Part shown: positions 1 to 9,158 of the stretch, in pieces
Layout: the number at the start of each line of letters is the position of its first letter
How positions within the stretch are numbered: position 1 is the first letter of the stretch
NCBI GenBank assembly: GCA_963674945.2
Contig: CAXXWQ010000004.1
Location: 1,728,001 to 1,792,000 of the forward strand
DNA length: 64,000 nucleotides
Direction: 5' to 3'
From: an uncultured Desulfosarcina sp.
GTDB taxonomy: Bacteria > Desulfobacterota > Desulfobacteria > Desulfobacterales > Desulfosarcinaceae
Program-made: the position numbers and the translations under genes
The notes under the pieces: generated by a model
Told to the model about the DNA's origin: nothing
Database searches by the model: none
The model's input: only the letters and a program-made list of their open reading frames with translations

Positions 1-659
1 TTTTGGACGAAAAATAGTGGAAAGCCGAAATCCACGTTAAGTATCCGTGCCAGATCCAGATCTGCGATGGATGCCTGTACGGTTTGTGCCATGGATTTCA
101 ATTTGATCTGGCAGGCCCTTTGAAAAATATCGACAAAAGGTACCTCTTCGATCTCTTGGCTGGGCAGCTTGGAAAACAGGCTGCTGGCACCATAGGTGAT
201 ATAGTAGGAGATGGGAATCTTGTTGAGGCTGCGAACGCGTGTGATGCGCTGTACCGTCTGTTTTGGTGTAAGGCGCAGCATCTGGCGGATCGGCACCGGG
301 CAGGCCATCGTCTTTCGTTCCATGAGTTTTGCCGTTATGCCCAGTTTCTTTCCCGTCGCCGAATCCACCCAAGTCCGAAAGTCCCCGGTGATTTCGATCT
401 CCACCCGGCTGTTTTCCGGCTCGGCCACCTGGGGACGCGTCCCCCGTCTGGGAACGATATACCCCTCCCGGGCAAGCTGTTCCACGGCACGCCGGATGGT
501 GATGTTGCTTACGTTGAAGGCTTTTTCCAGTTCCCTGGCCGACGGGATGCAATCCCCCGGACCATATTCATGGTTCGCGATGCGGGTTTTGATGGTTTCG
601 GCAACCTGAACAAACAGGGGTATGGATTGAATCTGCATTTTTTTCGTGTCTGTTATCAT
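1..659 (-). CDS. GntR/HutC-family transcriptional regulator (wHTH + UTRA-like), 3' end runs off the window
   Basis: Manual translation, absent from the ORF track: MITDTKKMQIQSIPLFVQVAETIKTRIANHEYGPGDCIPSARELEKAFNVSNITIRRAVEQLAREGYIVPRRGT is a typical GntR HTH; alternative start at 638. Confidence 0.9.
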   Translation of the reverse strand, partial: MITDTKKMQIQSIPLFVQVAETIKTRIANHEYGPGDCIPSARELEKAFNVSNITIRRAVEQLAREGYIVPRRGTRPQVAEPENSRVEIEITGDFRTWVDSATGKKLGITAKLMERKTMACPVPIRQMLRLTPKQTVQRITRVRSLNKIPISYYITYGASSLFSKLPSQEIEEVPFVDIFQRACQIKLKSMAQTVQASIADLDLARILNVDFGFPLFFVQ

Positions 660-870
660 CGTTTGGATACTATGCTTCCGGCCCAAGCTGATATTGTTAG
701 TATACGAACATACGATGTTGGAACCGTCTTCGTCAAGCGTTTATGAATTCGAATAGTTTTGATTGAATAGTTCCTTCGAAGATGGAATATTTAAATGAAT
801 CCAACGTTCGCAATTCATCCCAAGCCGAGCGAACAGAATCCCGAAATTCGGGCATTGGGCTGGAGGGAAA

Positions 871-3144
871 ATGATGGGGAGACGCGATCCGACGGTCGTA
901 GACAAGATTTCAAAGGTTTTTCAAAACGCCCATTCCCAGGGACGCGACGTGCTTTTCGAATACGAGGTATACCGGATTCTCCGGAACCTGGGCATCCGGG
1001 TGCCCGAACATTTCGTCGCCCGATGCGCGGCGGACATCACCGAAAGGCGGCTGGCAAGGCTCGGCAGCGAGAAGGTGGTCCTGAAGGTGATATCTCCCAC
1101 GGTCGTGCACAAACAAAGCCGGGGGGGGGTGCGGATCGTGATTCGGGACCTGGATTTCATCCGGTACACCTTCCATCGGCTGGTCGCCGACTTCGAGGAG
1201 AAAAACACCCCTGTTGCAGGAATCCTTCTCGTCTCCCACGTTACCTACTCCGAAGCGCTGGGGAACGAGGCCTTGCTGGGTTTCCGGGAGAGTGAGGCCT
1301 TCGGTCCGGTGATCTCCTTTTCCAAGGGAGGTGACGATGCCGAGCACTTCGCCCGCTATTTCTCACCGCCCAATCTCATCATGGCACCCATCGACCGAAA
1401 GTGGGCACAGGCGCTTCTGGCGTCCACCAGTATCCAGAAAAAATATCTCGAACAGGGACATGCCGATTACATCACCGAAATCGTCGACGCGGGCATCTGC
1501 CTTAGCGATCTGGCCGTGAACTTCTCCGGTTACTTTCCGGCCGCAACCCGATTCATCATCACCGAGTTCGAAATCAACCCCTTTGTCTTCACACCCCACG
1601 GCGAGTTCATCGCCCTGGATGGATTCGCCCGCTTTCGGCCACGTAAAGTACCGGTGGAAAAACTGACCGTGGCCCCCAAATCCACGGTACGACCCTTTTT
1701 CGAACCGGTCGGCGTCGCCGTCATCGGCGTCTCCACATCGGACAACGCAAAGATGGGAAACATCATCGCGGCGAACCTGATCCGCATGAAACGGTCCGAC
1801 GTACATCTCGTCAATCCCAAGGGTGGAACGGTTTCCATGGAAGGCCGGTCCATGCCGGTCTATCGATCCTTGGCCGATATCGAGGACCCCGTGGAACTGG
1901 TCATCATCACGGTTCCGGCCAAAACCGCCGTGTCGGTGGTGGAAACATGCGCGGGCAAGAAGGTCAAGGCGGTCATCCTCATTTCCGGAGGGTTCAGTGA
2001 GTTAAAAAGCCACCATCACGAGGAAGATCGAATCCTGGAACTGGCCGGAAAAGGAGGATTTCGAGTGCTCGGGCCCAACTGCCTGGGGATCGTCTATGCC
2101 GGTCAGAACGACAATCCGGGCATCAACACCTTTTTCGTCCCCGAAGAGAAATTCACCCTCAACCTGGAAAAAGAGAACAAGGTGGCCATCATGTCCCAAA
2201 GCGGCGCATTGGGCATCATCGAGATCGACAACCTGAAAAACGCCATCTCTCCCAAAGTAATCGTCAGCTACGGCAACCAGTTGGACATCGATCCGTGCGA
2301 CCTGGTCGCCTACTTCCAGGACGACCCCATGGTCAACGTCATCGCTTGTTACATCGAGGGGTTCAAACCCAGGGCCGGACGAAAGTTCTTCGATGTGGTG
2401 GCAAGCAGCAAGAAACCGGTGATCGTCTACAAGGCGGGTCGCACGCCGGCCGGCCAAAAGGCCACCGCGTCGCACACCGCCTCCATCGCCGGCGAGTATG
2501 CAGTGGCACGGGCCGCCATGAAACAGGCCGGCGCCATCGTCGCCGACACCATGATCGACCACGGAGACCTCATTAAAACCTTTGCCCTGCTCAACGACTT
2601 TGCGGTACATGGCAACCGGGTGGCCATCATCGCCAACGCCGGATACGAAAAGACCAGCGCGGCGGACAACCTGGGCGATCTCCAGTTGGCTGCGTTCGAC
2701 GATAAGACCCTTTCCGCCCTGCGGGCCGTCATGCCTCCCATGGTGGAACCGGACCCGCTGTTGGACCTGACCCCCATGGCAGACGACGAGGTGTTCGAAA
2801 GGGTCGTGGAAACCGTCTTGCAATCCGATCTCGTCGACGCCCTTTTCATTTCCATCGTCCCCCAAAGCGTCTTGATTCATACCACGGACGAGGAAATTCG
2901 CGCCAATCCGAACAACATCGCCGCCCGTATCATCAAGACGGTGCACCGTTTCAAGAAACCCACGGTCGTGTCGGTCTGCGTGGTCTCCCGGGCCGACGCC
3001 GTTTACAACGAGCTGATTCGCTCCTTCGACGGCGGGGGCGTTCCCACCTATCTGACGGCCAATCGCGCCATGCTTTGTCTGAACGCCTTTGTTCGGTACC
3101 GGATGATGCGGCAGACGAAACGCCTCGACGACTGGCTGAGATAG
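871..3144 (+). CDS. ADP-forming acetate/acyl-CoA ligase family, N-terminal ATP-grasp fused to CoA-binding and ligase domains
   Basis: VLKVISPTVVHK and EFEINP (ATP-grasp); VAVIGVS, LGPNCLG, SQSGALG, SYGNQLD, phospho-His motif ASHTAS. Confidence 0.88.
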   Translation: MMGRRDPTVVDKISKVFQNAHSQGRDVLFEYEVYRILRNLGIRVPEHFVARCAADITERRLARLGSEKVVLKVISPTVVHKQSRGGVRIVIRDLDFIRYTFHRLVADFEEKNTPVAGILLVSHVTYSEALGNEALLGFRESEAFGPVISFSKGGDDAEHFARYFSPPNLIMAPIDRKWAQALLASTSIQKKYLEQGHADYITEIVDAGICLSDLAVNFSGYFPAATRFIITEFEINPFVFTPHGEFIALDGFARFRPRKVPVEKLTVAPKSTVRPFFEPVGVAVIGVSTSDNAKMGNIIAANLIRMKRSDVHLVNPKGGTVSMEGRSMPVYRSLADIEDPVELVIITVPAKTAVSVVETCAGKKVKAVILISGGFSELKSHHHEEDRILELAGKGGFRVLGPNCLGIVYAGQNDNPGINTFFVPEEKFTLNLEKENKVAIMSQSGALGIIEIDNLKNAISPKVIVSYGNQLDIDPCDLVAYFQDDPMVNVIACYIEGFKPRAGRKFFDVVASSKKPVIVYKAGRTPAGQKATASHTASIAGEYAVARAAMKQAGAIVADTMIDHGDLIKTFALLNDFAVHGNRVAIIANAGYEKTSAADNLGDLQLAAFDDKTLSALRAVMPPMVEPDPLLDLTPMADDEVFERVVETVLQSDLVDALFISIVPQSVLIHTTDEEIRANPNNIAARIIKTVHRFKKPTVVSVCVVSRADAVYNELIRSFDGGGVPTYLTANRAMLCLNAFVRYRMMRQTKRLDDWLR

Positions 3145-3147
3145 ACC

Positions 3148-4095
3148 ATGATCGTCTCTTCCAGCGTCAAAACGGCGCTCGGGGTTGCCGCGGCAACACT
3201 TGCCCTCTTCGTCGTTCTGGGAGCATTTGGCCATCTTCTTGCCCCCAAAAGCATCCGCGAACAGATTCTTTCCAGCCGCAGTTGTCGACTCTGCGATCTC
3301 TCCGGCATCGATCTGAACGACGCCGATCTTTCCGGCGTCGACTTTACCGGTGCCATCCTCAACGACACGGTGTTTACCGGTGCGGTGCTGAAAAACGCGA
3401 ATCTGAACGGTGCAGATGTCCGGCATGCCCGTTTTGACGATGCGATCCTGGACGGCGCCGCATGGGTCAATGGCCTCGTCTGCGGACCCGATTCCATCGG
3501 CCGCTGCCTGACGACGCCTGTCACCACGTTGATGACATCGGGACAATGTCCGGATTGTAACCTGAAATCAGCCACCCTCGGCTTTCTCAACCTTACCGAG
3601 GCCTCGATCCAAGGTGCAGATCTGACCCGGGCCGATCTGACACACACAAACCTTACCGGCGCAAACCTGTATCGGGCCAACCTGACCCGGGTCGTGGCAG
3701 TGCATGCCAACTGTTCCGAATCACTCTTATCGGAAGTGGATTGTACCGAGGCCAAACTGATGCACGCCGATCTCTCCGGGGCGTACATGAGAAAATCCTT
3801 GTTGGTCCATGCCTCTCTTCGAAACAGTGTACTGGCGAAATCCGATTTACGCCATGCCACCCTCTTCGAAGCGGATCTGACCGGTGCAGACCTTTCCGGT
3901 GCAGACCTTTCCGGCGCCAACTTGAAGATGGCCAACCTGTCCGGCGCGACATTGGCCGGTGCGAATCTGGAAAAGGCCAATCTTGACGGGGCGACCGTAA
4001 GCGGTTTGAATATCGACGACGCCTATCTGGTTGGTGCCGTCTGGGCCAACGGAAAACGGTGCAGAACCGGTTCCGTCGGAAGGTGTGTACAGTAA
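3148..4095 (+). CDS. Exported pentapeptide-repeat protein
   Basis: N-terminal hydrophobic segment; many A(D/N)LxG repeats; CxxC and W-x-NG-xx-C...GRC caps. Confidence 0.9.
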   Translation: MIVSSSVKTALGVAAATLALFVVLGAFGHLLAPKSIREQILSSRSCRLCDLSGIDLNDADLSGVDFTGAILNDTVFTGAVLKNANLNGADVRHARFDDAILDGAAWVNGLVCGPDSIGRCLTTPVTTLMTSGQCPDCNLKSATLGFLNLTEASIQGADLTRADLTHTNLTGANLYRANLTRVVAVHANCSESLLSEVDCTEAKLMHADLSGAYMRKSLLVHASLRNSVLAKSDLRHATLFEADLTGADLSGADLSGANLKMANLSGATLAGANLEKANLDGATVSGLNIDDAYLVGAVWANGKRCRTGSVGRCVQ

Positions 4096-4164
4096 AACCC
4101 TGGCCCATAGGATTAGGCTTTGGGCTCCCCTATAAGGGGGTTGCATCATGAGCGCATGGTATCT

Positions 4165-4288
4165 CAGGAGCCAGGAGCCAGAATTCAGGAGCCAGAATGA
4201 ATGTGTGTCGCTTCGCTTCGTCGAATTTGATAAAATAGATCGAGTCGAAGGCGAATACCTGATTCTGAATTCTGACTCCTGGATTCCC
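4165..4288. repeat. Heptamer-repeat inverted-repeat element (REP/MITE-like)
   Basis: Left arm CAGGAGC-CAGGAGC-CAGAATT-CAGGAGC-CAGAAT; right arm ATTCTG-AATTCTG-ACTCCTG-GATTCCC; imperfect inner hairpin. Confidence 0.65.
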
Positions 4289-4362
4289 GTACCAAATCAT
4301 ACGGCAGCGCTTTATCTTTTGCGTTAGCCCAGAATAATAGATTCTCCGAAAGGTGTAACCAA

Positions 4363-5535
4363 ATGAACCATCTCGCTGTTGCCGACATCGATCTTCGCGC
4401 GCTTGCCCACAATGTCACCCAACTTCGCGGCGTAAGCCCCGGCGCCCGCATGATGGCGGTGGTCAAGGCCGACGGCTACGGTCACGGCGCGGTTCCGGTG
4501 GCCCGTACGGCCCTGGAAACCGGCGCCACCCATCTGGCCGTAGCCAGAATTTCGGAGGCCGACCAGCTGAGAGACGCCGGTATCCATGCTCCGATCCTGC
4601 TCTTCGGCCACTGCCCGGCGAAAGCCGTGGACCACCTGATTGGAAATGAAATAACGGCCACCGTCAATACCGGTGATGCGGCCCGGGCCATGTCGAATGA
4701 GGCGCTGCGGTCAGGGAAAAGACTGAAGGTGCACATCAAGGTGGATACCGGCATGGGCAGGTTGGGCCTTGTGGCGGCGACCGCGGGACTCGACGCAAAC
4801 CATCGGTCCGGCCGCGTCATCGGTGAGGTAGCGCGACAGATCCTCGACGTGGCCAAATTACCCGGCCTTCACGTCGAGGGCATATTCACCCACTTCGCCA
4901 ACGCCGACAGCCGGGACAAAAGCCATGCGCAACGCCAGCTTTCCATCTTCATGGATCTCCTGGCGGAACTGAAGGGGCAGTCCTTCGAGGTTCCCATCCG
5001 CCATTGTGCCAACAGTGCCGCAACCATCGAGATGCCCGAGACCCATCTGGATATGGTTCGCCCCGGAATCGCCCTTTACGGACTGTGGCCGTCCGAAGAG
5101 GTGGACCGCCGCCGCATCGACCTGAAACCCGTGATGACCTTTCGTTCCAAGGTCGTTCAGGCCAAACAGGCGCCCGCCGGCTTTGTTGTCAGCTACGGCA
5201 GTACCTATCGAACCGCGTGTCCCACCCGGATCGCCACCATCGCCCTGGGATATGCCGACGGCCTCAACCGTCTTCTCTCTTCAAAGGGGTTTCTCCTTAT
5301 TGGAGGCCAACGATGCCCCATCATCGGCAGGGTCTGCATGGACCTTGTCATGGCGGATGTCACCCACCTGCCCCGGGTCGCCGTTGGAGACGAATGCGTT
5401 GCCATCGGGCGACAGGAGGGCGAACAGATCACGGCGGAAGAAGTGGCGAAACAGGTGGGAACCATCAACTACGAAATTGTCACCTCCATCACGGCGCGGG
5501 TTCACCGTGTGTATCGCAAGGAAGGCGATTCATGA
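4363..5535 (+). CDS. alr: Alanine racemase
   Basis: PLP-lysine motif AVVKADGYGHG, HIKVDTGMGRLG, catalytic Tyr in VSYGSTY, GRVCMD, GTINYE. Confidence 0.96.
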   Translation: MNHLAVADIDLRALAHNVTQLRGVSPGARMMAVVKADGYGHGAVPVARTALETGATHLAVARISEADQLRDAGIHAPILLFGHCPAKAVDHLIGNEITATVNTGDAARAMSNEALRSGKRLKVHIKVDTGMGRLGLVAATAGLDANHRSGRVIGEVARQILDVAKLPGLHVEGIFTHFANADSRDKSHAQRQLSIFMDLLAELKGQSFEVPIRHCANSAATIEMPETHLDMVRPGIALYGLWPSEEVDRRRIDLKPVMTFRSKVVQAKQAPAGFVVSYGSTYRTACPTRIATIALGYADGLNRLLSSKGFLLIGGQRCPIIGRVCMDLVMADVTHLPRVAVGDECVAIGRQEGEQITAEEVAKQVGTINYEIVTSITARVHRVYRKEGDS

Positions 5536-6407
5536 AAATTCCCACCGACCCAAAGATCGTCGATGCGCTGCGCGTCTCGAGTCGTATTCGAGGCAAGGGA
5601 AAACTGGGCGGTTTTGCCTATCGGGTAGATGGCACCGTGCCCTGCATCGCCACCGCCATCCACGCCGGCGGCCGCGTCAGGGAGGAACTTATCTCCTTAA
5701 TGGCCATGGACACCGCCCAGCGCTATTACGAGGAAGACCCGGCCACCGATACCATGATCGAAAAAGCGGTTTCGGCGGTATGGGGTCTCGATTCCAGAAG
5801 CGAATACGACCTGAATCGACCGCCCGAGGCGGCCGTTCCCGTAAAAGCCGAACAATTTTGGGGAAACGTCGTATACAACAACCCGCCGGACGACGAAATG
5901 GTTCAAAAAAGTCTGGCCAAGCACAGGGAATTCTACGATTTCATGGGCAGTTGGGTAAAGGTGATGACCAATCGGTTCGACGCATTGGTGGTGTATGACA
6001 TCCACAGCTACAATATCGGCCGGCAGGTGAAGAAGGGAATCGAATCGCCGCCGGTGTTCAACCTGGGAACCGGATCCATCGACCGTGGGCGTTGGGAAAA
6101 AGTCGTGGAACAGTGGCTCCGGCTTCTGGAAAATATCGGTATTCCAGAGGTAAAAACAACGGTGGCGGAAAACGTCGTGTTTCAGGGAAAAGGAGAACTA
6201 TGTCGGCGGTTAACCCGGTGGGATCCAGCGATTCTGGTACTGTCCACCGAAGTATCCAAAGTCTACATGGATGAAACCACGGGACAACTTGACTGGACGG
6301 CCATCGGTGCGCTTCGTGATGGTTTGGGCCGGGCCATGCAAGATCACACCCGCTGGTTTATGGAAGCACTGATGCGATCTCGAAATACTCCGGTGCGCAG
6401 GTCGTAA
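5532..6407 (+). CDS. N-formylglutamate amidohydrolase family protein
   Basis: ATAIHAG, YEEDPATD, SRSEYDLNR, YDIHSYN, FNLGT; ATGA overlap with the alr stop gives the start at 5532. Confidence 0.8.
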   Translation: MKIPTDPKIVDALRVSSRIRGKGKLGGFAYRVDGTVPCIATAIHAGGRVREELISLMAMDTAQRYYEEDPATDTMIEKAVSAVWGLDSRSEYDLNRPPEAAVPVKAEQFWGNVVYNNPPDDEMVQKSLAKHREFYDFMGSWVKVMTNRFDALVVYDIHSYNIGRQVKKGIESPPVFNLGTGSIDRGRWEKVVEQWLRLLENIGIPEVKTTVAENVVFQGKGELCRRLTRWDPAILVLSTEVSKVYMDETTGQLDWTAIGALRDGLGRAMQDHTRWFMEALMRSRNTPVRRS

Positions 6408-6713
6408 TACCTTTTCCAATAAATCGTGGGACATATCCAATCCGTCCACCACCCCGTCGGAATCCGTGTCTGAAACAACCAACCTGAGAGCAAAAAAATG
6501 CCACCTCAATCGGTTAAGGATTCGCAGATGACTCACATATAAAAAAACTACTTGAAAAATAGACGAAAAAATTATAGTTATTTTCGATTATGCACTCGGA
6601 AAAACGATTTGCAATTTCGTTTCTCCAAACCTGATCTTTTTGGAATCGACGGTTTGCATCGACCCTTCCCGTCACGATATCCAACATCGAAAATCTGTGG
6701 CAGAGGAGATTTT

Positions 6714-7649
6714 ATGCGATCATTGGGAATGATGTTGCTTGCATGTCTGTCCGTTTTTTCTCTTGACCTCTCACCTTGCCAGGCCGCGGAACCAATTATC
6801 ATCGATCACGCCAGTACCGACATCACAAAAATACCCCGGGCCGCCATTGAACAGGCCAAGGCAAACCTGCACATCGCCTACGGCCACACATCCCATGGCA
6901 GCCAGTTGACCACCGGGATGACCGGCCTCGTTGCCTTCGCCAACAGCGGGGGAAAGGGGCTTTCCCTGCCGACCGATATATTTCAGTGGAACAACGGAGG
7001 CATTGGTGGGGCACTGGATCTGCATGACTACGCCATGGGCGGTGATGTAGGATACTACCCCCAATGGGTCGACAACACGCGAAATTATTTAGACGACCCC
7101 TCCCACAGCGATGTGAACGTGATCATCTGGTCCTGGTGCGGACAGGTGGACAACAAGTATTCGGCTGGCACGCTGGACAGTGAGTATCTGACCCCCATGG
7201 CCCAGCTGGAAGCCGATTATCCCAATGTGACCTTCGTTTACATGACCGGTCATGTGGATATATATGATGACGCCGACAACAAGGCCGCCAATGAGATGAT
7301 CCGGGACTTTTGCAATGCGAACAAAAAAGTTCTTTACGATTTCGCCGACATCGAGTGCTACGATCCGGACGGAACCCATTATGAATATGTCCACGATAAC
7401 TGCAACTACTACGACGCCCCGTTACCAGGAGGGACGCAACTGGGAAACTGGGCCACCGAATGGCAAAATTCCCACACCGTAACTGTGGACTGGTACGATT
7501 GCGGTGCCGCCCATAGCGTATCTATCAATGCCAACCAGAAAGCCTATGCCGCCTGGTGGCTGTGGGCGAGACTCGGCGGGTGGGAAGGACCGGCCACAAA
7601 TGCACCGGCCATGAATCCGTCCATCTATCCGCTTCTTCTGTTACAATAG
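6714..7649 (+). CDS. Secreted hypothetical protein (SGNH-like HTSHGSQ motif) with a hydrophobic C-terminal tail
   Basis: RBS GAGGAG before ATG 6714; signal peptide; C-terminus NPSIYPLLLLQ. Confidence 0.7.
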   Translation: MRSLGMMLLACLSVFSLDLSPCQAAEPIIIDHASTDITKIPRAAIEQAKANLHIAYGHTSHGSQLTTGMTGLVAFANSGGKGLSLPTDIFQWNNGGIGGALDLHDYAMGGDVGYYPQWVDNTRNYLDDPSHSDVNVIIWSWCGQVDNKYSAGTLDSEYLTPMAQLEADYPNVTFVYMTGHVDIYDDADNKAANEMIRDFCNANKKVLYDFADIECYDPDGTHYEYVHDNCNYYDAPLPGGTQLGNWATEWQNSHTVTVDWYDCGAAHSVSINANQKAYAAWWLWARLGGWEGPATNAPAMNPSIYPLLLLQ

Positions 7650-7781
7650 GTCTTCGTGCTGGAGGCGAATTGGTGTTCTTTCCATATCGAGCCAACGAAA
7701 CAGGAAAAAATGAATTAAAAAAAGGGGTGTATCGTGATAAGATAAGCCAACGTTGATTTCCCTTCATCAAATGAGGTAACG

Positions 7782-8189
7782 ATGCGCCTGTTGTTCTGGT
7801 ACTGCGACCGTTTCGCCTGGAACCCGACCCTGAGAACCCTGTCCAATGCACCCGATGCATCTCCCATGACCCATACAAAGACTGTCGTGGCATTCATCCA
7901 TGTGGAGCCCCGGGATGTGACGGACGGCAGCGCCGCCGAAACCAAGCTGGTGAAAAACGCCAAGTGGCTGGCCAGAAAATGGGATACCCGGCAGGTTATC
8001 CTGCACTCGTTTACCCATCTGGGGGAAGGAAAGGCCGCGCCCGAAGATGCCAAGGCCTTGATCGAACGGGTGCAACAACGATTGGAGAACGCCGGATACG
8101 AAGCGGTGCAGACGCCCTACGGGTATTTCAACGATCTCTCCATCGAGGCGCCCGGCCATCCCCTGGCGAGAATTTACAAGGAATTCTGA
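7782..8189 (+). CDS. Stand-alone archaeal-type threonyl-tRNA synthetase editing domain (tRNA-Thr_ED, DTD-like fold)
   Basis: VVAFIHVE, LHSFTHL, QTPYGYF...GHPLAR resemble the archaeal ThrRS N-terminal domain motifs (YPFAHL, APFGWY, GHPLAE); RBS GAGG. Confidence 0.8.
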   Translation: MRLLFWYCDRFAWNPTLRTLSNAPDASPMTHTKTVVAFIHVEPRDVTDGSAAETKLVKNAKWLARKWDTRQVILHSFTHLGEGKAAPEDAKALIERVQQRLENAGYEAVQTPYGYFNDLSIEAPGHPLARIYKEF

Positions 8190-8405
8190 CGATCTGTCCA
8201 AGTGGGCAGGTCACAAGAACCATTCCCAGCGCATGTAAATGCCCTGCCTCCCGCCGAAGGAAAAAAGGCATCTCTTTTCCGGGACCACTCCATCACTCAT
8301 CGTAACACGATAGAATGATTACTCTTTTCCGGTGTCGGTCCAGGCGTAACATGAAAATGTCGGTTGATTTTACATTCGCATTTGTGGTCTTCGATACAAT
8401 TCCAC

Positions 8406-8449
8406 TTGACAGACCTTATACATATGTCAAAATTTGGACATATGTATAA
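8406..8449 (+). promoter_or_regulatory. Sigma70-type -35 overlapped by a perfect inverted repeat, probable TetR operator
   Basis: TTGACA at 8406; TTATACATATGTC-N8-GACATATGTATAA at 8416-8449. Confidence 0.75.
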
Positions 8450-8461
8450 ATTTCAAATCGA

Positions 8462-9112
8462 GTGGAAACGATGGCAACCTACGAAACAGGTGTAAAAACC
8501 AGGAATGCACTGATCAACGCTGCAGGGGAACTGGCTGCCCAGAAAGGATTTGCCTCTGTTTCCATCAGGGAAATTGCCGAAAAAGCGAGGCAGAATGTCG
8601 GCAGCATCCATTACCACTTCGGCGGTAAGGGGAAACTCTTTGAATCGGTTGTACGGAAAGTCTTACAAAAATGGAAGGACAAACCGCTCTGCGAATTGCT
8701 CAGGCAATATAAAACGGAATCCCCGGATGGGCAATCGAAAGCCGTTCGCGGTATCATACATCATAACATTGACCTTCTTTTCAAACAGGAAGTTCCGCAA
8801 TGGCACAGCAGGGTCATCTTCCAGGTCATGCGCAAAAAAGGACCGTTGCGGGAAATATTCAAAAAAGAACTGATCATCCCCTCCCATAGCGCCATTTCCA
8901 CGCTATTCAGGAAAATCAAGCCGGAGATGGATGATAAAGAAGCCTTTCTTCGTATACTGGTCATGAACACACCGGTGTTCTTCCATGCAGACCGCATGGA
9001 TTTTCTTTTGGCTGAACTCAAGGAGAAAAGATACAGCGAAGACTATTTGCAGAAAATGGAAGATATTATCGTTTTGCAGACGCAGGTGGCACTGGGCCTG
9101 CCTCCATGTTAA
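8462..9112 (+). CDS. TetR/AcrR-family regulator
   Basis: ALINAAGELAAQKGFASVSIREIAEKARQNVGSIHYHFGGK HTH; start may be ATG 8471. Confidence 0.92.
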   Translation: METMATYETGVKTRNALINAAGELAAQKGFASVSIREIAEKARQNVGSIHYHFGGKGKLFESVVRKVLQKWKDKPLCELLRQYKTESPDGQSKAVRGIIHHNIDLLFKQEVPQWHSRVIFQVMRKKGPLREIFKKELIIPSHSAISTLFRKIKPEMDDKEAFLRILVMNTPVFFHADRMDFLLAELKEKRYSEDYLQKMEDIIVLQTQVALGLPPC

Positions 9113-9158
9113 CGCCGACAGGAAACAGCATGAAAAAAAGGGATGTTCAGGCAGCCTT

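Noticed and set aside
84..746. 220-aa plus-strand ORF and other ORFs in this interval
   Set aside because: Antisense shadows of the minus-strand GntR gene
3148..4095. Pentapeptide protein as a Qnr/MfpA gyrase protector
   Set aside because: It has an export/TM signal and Cys caps and lies 22 kb from gyrA
5004..5531. N-terminal extension of the 467-aa ORF
   Set aside because: Overlaps alr in another frame; the ATGA-coupled start at 5532 is better supported
6425..6480. DTDSDGVVDGLD calcium-binding-like motif on the minus strand
   Set aside because: Lies in a short ORF overlapping a real gene; at most a remnant and cannot be supported
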